Shown here: positions 59,324 through 64,000 of the stretch, in pieces
How the letters are laid out: each line of letters begins with the position of its first letter
Numbering within the stretch: the stretch's first letter is position 1
Made by a program: the position numbers and the translations under genes
From: Thermodesulfobacteriota bacterium
Lineage (GTDB): Bacteria; Desulfobacterota_D; UBA1144; Nemesobacterales; Nemesobacteraceae
Assembly (NCBI GenBank): GCA_965204665.1
Contig: OZ242002.1
Location: forward strand, 1,285,865 to 1,349,864
Length of the DNA stretch: 64,000 bases
Direction of reading: 5' to 3'
Notes under the pieces: generated by a model
Databases searched by the model: none
Seen by the model: the letters and a program-made list of their open reading frames with translations, nothing else
Told to the model about the DNA's origin: nothing

Positions 59324-59776
59324 ACGAAAGGTATTGCCTGGATTCCAATGTCTTTATAGATTCTTGGAAAGAGTCCTACCCTTCAGATGTTTTTCCATCT
59401 TTGTGGAAACAAATTGCCGACCACGGAAACAGTATTATTTTACTCAGGCCCATATATGATGAAATCAAAGACGATTCACTGCGTGATTGGTTGAAGGAAA
59501 ATCTTTTTTCCGTTGTTTCTGTTGATGGTGGAACAGAAGAACTTTCATTGCGTTGGGAAAAAAATACGCACTCAATCAAAAGGGGTGAGTCAGAAAGACC
59601 TTACATTGATCGCATACGCAAAGAGAAACAACAAAACAGTGGTGACTTTTGAAAAGAAGCAAGTGCAGAAACCGAAAGAGAAGTACAAGTTCAAAATCCC
59701 TCTGGTGTGCAAAGATCAGAATGTTGAATGCATTGATTTTGTGGAAATGATCAAAGAACTCGGTTTAATTGTATAG
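59320..59776 (+). pseudogene. DUF4411 PIN-like nuclease gene carrying a +1 frameshift
   Basis: MNERYCLDSNVFID...VFPSLW N-terminus in frame 1 and LIAYAKRNNKTVVTFE...KIPLVCKDQNVECIDF C-terminus in frame 2. The shift is near an A7 run at about 59560. Confidence 0.5.
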
Positions 59777-60186
59777 TCCGCGCTCCGGTCAAGATTATGA
59801 TCTGGATTGTAGAAATCGGAGGGATGGAGGATGCGGATTAGGACCCGCGGGAGAATAAGGGGTGAGTGATCTTATTCTTAAAATGTAATTTCAAAAGAGA
59901 TTGAGAGGAAAACACTGATGGGACTTGTAGATGAAATCAGGAACAGGCGCGATTCATGGATGCGCAGGTTTGAGGAGCAGAGGGTTTTTACGGAACCGTA
60001 CGACCATGAGTTCGAGAAGGAAAACGCCGAAAAGATAGAAGAGCGGATAAAGAAGAACCGCGAAATGGTGGGAAATTTTCCAATTAAGGAGAAGTCATCC
60101 GAGTGACTGTGCGTGCAGCGTGATTTGACAACGTTTTTTTAGTCCTGTAAAGTGAAAATCCCCACGAAGACGGAGGTTTTGGTTTT

Positions 60187-60375
60187 TTGCCAGGAATAAC
60201 TGTAGGCAGTAGCGAAGGCATCGATAGCGCTTTAAAAAGGTTCAAGAAACAGGTTGAGAAGGGTGGAGTTCTTTCTGAACTGAGGAAGAGGGAATATTAC
60301 GAAAAGCCGAGCGAAAGGAAAAAAAAGAAACTTTTCGCCGCAAAAAAGCGCAGTTCAAGAGGAAGAAGAAGGTAG
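60187..60375 (+). CDS. rpsU: 30S ribosomal protein S21
   Basis: [34 protein letters not shown] matches the S21 consensus. Confidence 0.85.
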   Translation: MPGITVGSSEGIDSALKRFKKQVEKGGVLSELRKREYYEKPSERKKKKLFAAKKRSSRGRRR

Positions 60376-60457
60376 TTTGTTCGCGCTTGCCGGGTTTACG
60401 GATTCTGTAACCGTGTTTTCTCTCTCAATACCCCTCCCCCTGTTCTAATTGCTTTGA

Positions 60458-62236
60458 ATGAAGAACTCTTCTTCTAGATTGGCTATAGACGAAGTAAAGG
60501 CGAGGCTCGGTATAGTTGAAGTTGTACAGGGTTTTGTCTCCCTCAGTAAATCCGGCAAAGACTATGTGGGTCTTTGCCCCTTTCACGACGATAAAAACCC
60601 TTCTATGCGGGTAAACGATGAGAAGGGGTTCTTCTATTGTTTCAGCTGCGGAGCCGGAGGAGACATGTTCGGTTTCCTCATGAAGTACAACAATGTCGGT
60701 TTCGGCGAGGCGCTTAGAGAACTTGCGACAAAAGCAGGAGTTAAACTTCCCTCATATGGAAAATCCATAGTCAGGGGCAAAAAATCATCTGCCGCTGAAA
60801 AATTTTTCGAGATAAATTCTCGGGTTTCTTCCTTTTACAGTGAAACTCTCCATGCACATCCAACTGCGGAGAACTACTTGAGGTCAAGAGGAATCACTCG
60901 GGAGACAGCGGAACTGTTCGGCCTGGGATACGCACCTGACAGTTGGGATTCTCTTTTAAGATTTGCCGGAGAAAACCGGATTGACGTTGAGGACATTGAA
61001 AAGCTGGGACTTGTCATATCAAGAGAAAAATCGGGCGGGCACTATGACCGGTTCCGAAACAGGGTGATTTTCCCCATACGCGAAATAAGCGGAAAGATCT
61101 GTGGTTTCGGGGGCAGAACAATCTCCGGAGACGGTCCGAAACAGGTCAAATATATAAACTCGCCCGACTCTGCGGTTTTTGACAAAAAGAATGTTCTTTA
61201 CGGTCTTTTCCACTCAAAGAGCGAGATCAGAAGAGAACAGAAAGCTGTCTTGGTTGAGGGCTACATGGACTTTATAAGACTTTACTCGAGCGGGATACGG
61301 AATGTCGTAGCCACTCTGGGGACGGCATTTACCAGAGAGCACGCAACCCTTCTGCGTCGTTTCTGCCAGGAAGTGGTGATTGTTTACGACGGAGACGATG
61401 CGGGAATAAGTTCCGCCGCGCGCGCGGGAAAAATTTTTCTGCAGCAGGGGCTTTTTCCTCAAATCTGCAGGATTCCGGAGGGACTGGACCCGGATGACTA
61501 CATAGAGAAACACGGACCCGAAGGACTAAAAGAACTTGTGGACAACGCCCATAGCGCATCTCGTTTCATAATTGACGATACGTTTGCAAAATACAGAGGA
61601 AAAAAGGTCTCTTCCGGCGAAGCGATGAAACTTCTTGCGGATACGATCTCCTTGATAACGGACCCGGTCCGGAGAGCTGAATCCGTCACTAGGACAACGG
61701 AGATCTTCGGGATAAGGGAGTCCGATTTTCTTTCCATGGTGAATAATTCAAACCCCGGGAAAAACCGCGGGTCGCTTGCGTCTTCCTCTGCCTTTCCCGA
61801 AAAGGATATTCACGAAAGGGAAATTGTCAGAATACTGCTTAGATACCCTGACCTGATGAGTCTTGAGAAAATCAGAAGCGTCAGTAATCTTTTCAGAGAT
61901 GTTGATCTGAGAACTATCGTTGAGTCGGTGGGGGAGGATGATTTTACGGGGGTTTCATCTTTAATGGGTTCTTTTGAAAGTACTGAGATGCAGCAGTTGC
62001 TGAGCGAGCTGGTTATTTCATCGGACGACTTGTTAGATGAGGATACATCAGGGGAGACGCTGCGCGGTTGTCTGCAGAAACTTGAACTCAGAGAGATAGA
62101 GTTCAGACGCAACGAGGTGATTGAAAGTATACGCAAACAACGAGGGGCGTCGGATAAAGCCGTTGAGAGAGAACTCGTCAGGCAGTACGGCGACCTTCTG
62201 AAGAAGGAAGAACATCTCAAGGGGGTTGCACATTGA
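60458..62236 (+). CDS. dnaG: DNA primase
   Basis: Zinc ribbon [11 protein letters not shown]...CFSCGAGG, a TOPRIM domain (EGYMD...DGDDAG). Confidence 0.9.
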   Translation: MKNSSSRLAIDEVKARLGIVEVVQGFVSLSKSGKDYVGLCPFHDDKNPSMRVNDEKGFFYCFSCGAGGDMFGFLMKYNNVGFGEALRELATKAGVKLPSYGKSIVRGKKSSAAEKFFEINSRVSSFYSETLHAHPTAENYLRSRGITRETAELFGLGYAPDSWDSLLRFAGENRIDVEDIEKLGLVISREKSGGHYDRFRNRVIFPIREISGKICGFGGRTISGDGPKQVKYINSPDSAVFDKKNVLYGLFHSKSEIRREQKAVLVEGYMDFIRLYSSGIRNVVATLGTAFTREHATLLRRFCQEVVIVYDGDDAGISSAARAGKIFLQQGLFPQICRIPEGLDPDDYIEKHGPEGLKELVDNAHSASRFIIDDTFAKYRGKKVSSGEAMKLLADTISLITDPVRRAESVTRTTEIFGIRESDFLSMVNNSNPGKNRGSLASSSAFPEKDIHEREIVRILLRYPDLMSLEKIRSVSNLFRDVDLRTIVESVGEDDFTGVSSLMGSFESTEMQQLLSELVISSDDLLDEDTSGETLRGCLQKLELREIEFRRNEVIESIRKQRGASDKAVERELVRQYGDLLKKEEHLKGVAH

Positions 62237-63756
62237 GCTCGAACTACGAGAGCAGTGATTTGGAGAGCCGGTTGTCCGGGTACATGTGCGGTATGGACGG
62301 ACAATGTGAAGATTCTGTAATTTCTCATAAGGATTCTGCAAATGGAGTTCTTCCTAAATCCAAGGATGGAAGTTCTCTCAGTCGCAATTCGGACCACGAT
62401 CTCGTAAAGTCGTATATCCTCTCCATCAAGGAGCACTCCCTGCTTTCCAAGAAAGAAGAAATTGAAATCGCAAAACGAATTGAAAAGGGCGAAAAAATAA
62501 TCGCAAGAATGATAATAGAGAGCCCCTTCATGATGAAAAAGGTCCTCAAACTTGAAGAAGAGATGGTAGATTTGGGTGATTCCACCTTGACGTGCAGTGA
62601 GCGTGCTGAGAACATCACATCGGACGGAGAATTCCAGCGGCAGTCGGCAACAAAAGATTTCCGTCCCGTAAAAGAGCTTTTCGCCAAGAATCAGGAACTC
62701 AGAGAAAAACTTGATGACCCGTCGGTTTCTGAAAGTTCTAAAGCAAGAATTAGAGGAAAGATAAAGAAAAACGACGAAAAAACGGTTGAATTTCTCGACA
62801 GGATAGATTTTTCCTCTGCACAAGCAGAAAAAATATACGGACTTGCTGTTGAATACGTGGACAGAATGGAGAGAGGAGAATTCGGTTGTCCTGAATGCGG
62901 AAGCGCAATGAACAATCCATCTTCGGAACATGGAGAAAATGTCCGCCGTTGTGAATACCTGGAAGAGTGGATAGTTCTGCAGAAAAGAGTGCTCAGAAGG
63001 TTCAAGAAAGCCAAGAAGGCCACTAAGAGAGCGAGGAAACGACTTGTCGAGTGCAACTTGAGGTTAGTGGTCAGCATAGCGAGAAAATACATCAACCGAG
63101 GACTCCCTTTTCTCGATCTGGTTCAGGAGGGTAATATGGGGCTTATCAAGGCGGTTGATAAATTCGAGCACGGCATGGGTTACAAATTTTCAACCTGCGC
63201 CACTTGGTGGATAAAGCAGGCGATCACGCGCGCCATAGCCGACCAGTCGAACCTTATAAGAATTCCGGTTCACATGACCGAGAACATAAACAAACTCAAC
63301 AAGGTCACAAGATCTCTTATGCAGAAACTGGGAACCGAACCTGGACCGGAAGAGATAGCCGAGGCGATGGAACTGCCGGTCGAGAAAGTACTGAAAATCA
63401 TGAAAATTTCTCGTGACCCGATTTCTCTTGAAACTCCGGTTGGTGAAGATGACCGCAGGCTTATGGATATCCTTTCCGACCCCAGCACTGCATCCCCTCT
63501 TGAAATGCATGAAACCAAGGAACTTAACCGCATCATGCGGAATGCCCTGTGCACCAACCTCAGCGTCGGAGAGGAAGGAGTTTTAAAAATGCGGTTCGGT
63601 ATAGATGAAGACAAGGAATATACGCTTGAAGAGATAGGGAACAAATTGAATGTTACGCGGGAAAGGGTAAGGCAGATAGAAGTGAAAGCACTTGACAAAC
63701 TCAGAAGATTCAGTAGATCTTTACCCGTGTCTGCCAAGAGTTTCAATCCTGACTGA
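62233..63756 (+). CDS. rpoD: RNA polymerase sigma factor RpoD (sigma-70)
   Basis: Regions 2 to 4 ([17 protein letters not shown]; region 4 HTH). Confidence 0.9.
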   Translation: MSSNYESSDLESRLSGYMCGMDGQCEDSVISHKDSANGVLPKSKDGSSLSRNSDHDLVKSYILSIKEHSLLSKKEEIEIAKRIEKGEKIIARMIIESPFMMKKVLKLEEEMVDLGDSTLTCSERAENITSDGEFQRQSATKDFRPVKELFAKNQELREKLDDPSVSESSKARIRGKIKKNDEKTVEFLDRIDFSSAQAEKIYGLAVEYVDRMERGEFGCPECGSAMNNPSSEHGENVRRCEYLEEWIVLQKRVLRRFKKAKKATKRARKRLVECNLRLVVSIARKYINRGLPFLDLVQEGNMGLIKAVDKFEHGMGYKFSTCATWWIKQAITRAIADQSNLIRIPVHMTENINKLNKVTRSLMQKLGTEPGPEEIAEAMELPVEKVLKIMKISRDPISLETPVGEDDRRLMDILSDPSTASPLEMHETKELNRIMRNALCTNLSVGEEGVLKMRFGIDEDKEYTLEEIGNKLNVTRERVRQIEVKALDKLRRFSRSLPVSAKSFNPD

Positions 63757-63929
63757 CCGTTCGGCTTCGGTCGCGAGGTCGGGTTTAGTTTTTCTAGAAA
63801 ATTCTTGACAAATGGAAACTTACTGTGATAAGGTTATATGCGATGGAGCCGGAGGGTTTCTATTATCAGTGCGGATTAGCAATTTTACATCATACTGACG
63901 AAATTATTTTACAGAGGAGGTTGTATTAT

Positions 63930-64000
63930 GAAATTACGTAATTTTTTAGTGTTGTTGTTTTTACTTAGCGGAGCGGTTCTCTTCGCGGCTTGTGAGGGGG
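63930..64000 (+). CDS. 5' end of a third RTX/collagen-like lipoprotein paralogue (runs off the window)
   Basis: MKLRNFLVLLFLLSGAVLFAACEG is nearly identical to the N-termini at 27658 and 48005. RBS GGAGG. No G tract in its promoter region. Confidence 0.7.

Noticed and set aside
1-64000. CRISPR arrays and rRNA genes
   Set aside because: No regularly spaced direct repeats with unique spacers, and no rRNA-like conserved blocks, were seen. The only multi-copy short repeats are the TTCGGTCAAGG element and duplicated gene flanks, which are described above.

Overview
This 64 kb window appears to come from an uncultured bacterium with roughly 50% GC background. Its backbone is housekeeping genes: truA, a ppk1-ppx-CYTH/CHAD polyphosphate cluster, rpmE, hemB, ilvD, coaBC, metG, tatA, glyQ-glyS, trmFO, purK-purE, uppS-dxr-rseP, ctpA and the rpsU-dnaG-rpoD operon. 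Several accessory islets of different composition interrupt it. (1) A 1060-aa PLD(HKD)-nuclease/SF2-helicase/DUF3427-type fusion sits convergent with a small unknown gene and next to two tandem, GC-rich acetoacetate-decarboxylase-family paralogues. (2) A minus-strand cluster encodes an ABC/AAA ATPase, a PIN nuclease whose start is translationally coupled to the ATPase stop, and an Rnl-type RNA ligase. This is a candidate RNA-targeting conflict module with a built-in repair enzyme that I cannot match to any described system. (3) A very GC-rich MerR/vWA/unknown trio lies beside an intact IS256-family element (IS256) that has an 8-9 bp target-site duplication. (4) Three paralogous lipoproteins carry a collagen-like Gly-X-Y stretch followed by RTX calcium-binding repeats. 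Two of them have a G9 homopolymer placed exactly in the promoter spacer, which looks like phase variation. They are flanked by decayed IS630, IS66 and IS256 remnants. (5) A previously unrecognised non-coding repeat of about 180-210 nt, beginning TTCGGTCAAGGCGTG, occurs in at least four copies, and IS256 has inserted into one of them. (6) An XRE-HTH/ImmA-IrrE peptidase lies next to a frameshifted DUF4411 PIN-like gene. I found no rRNA, tRNA or CRISPR array. All calls are from reading the sequence and ORF translations; no database search was run.
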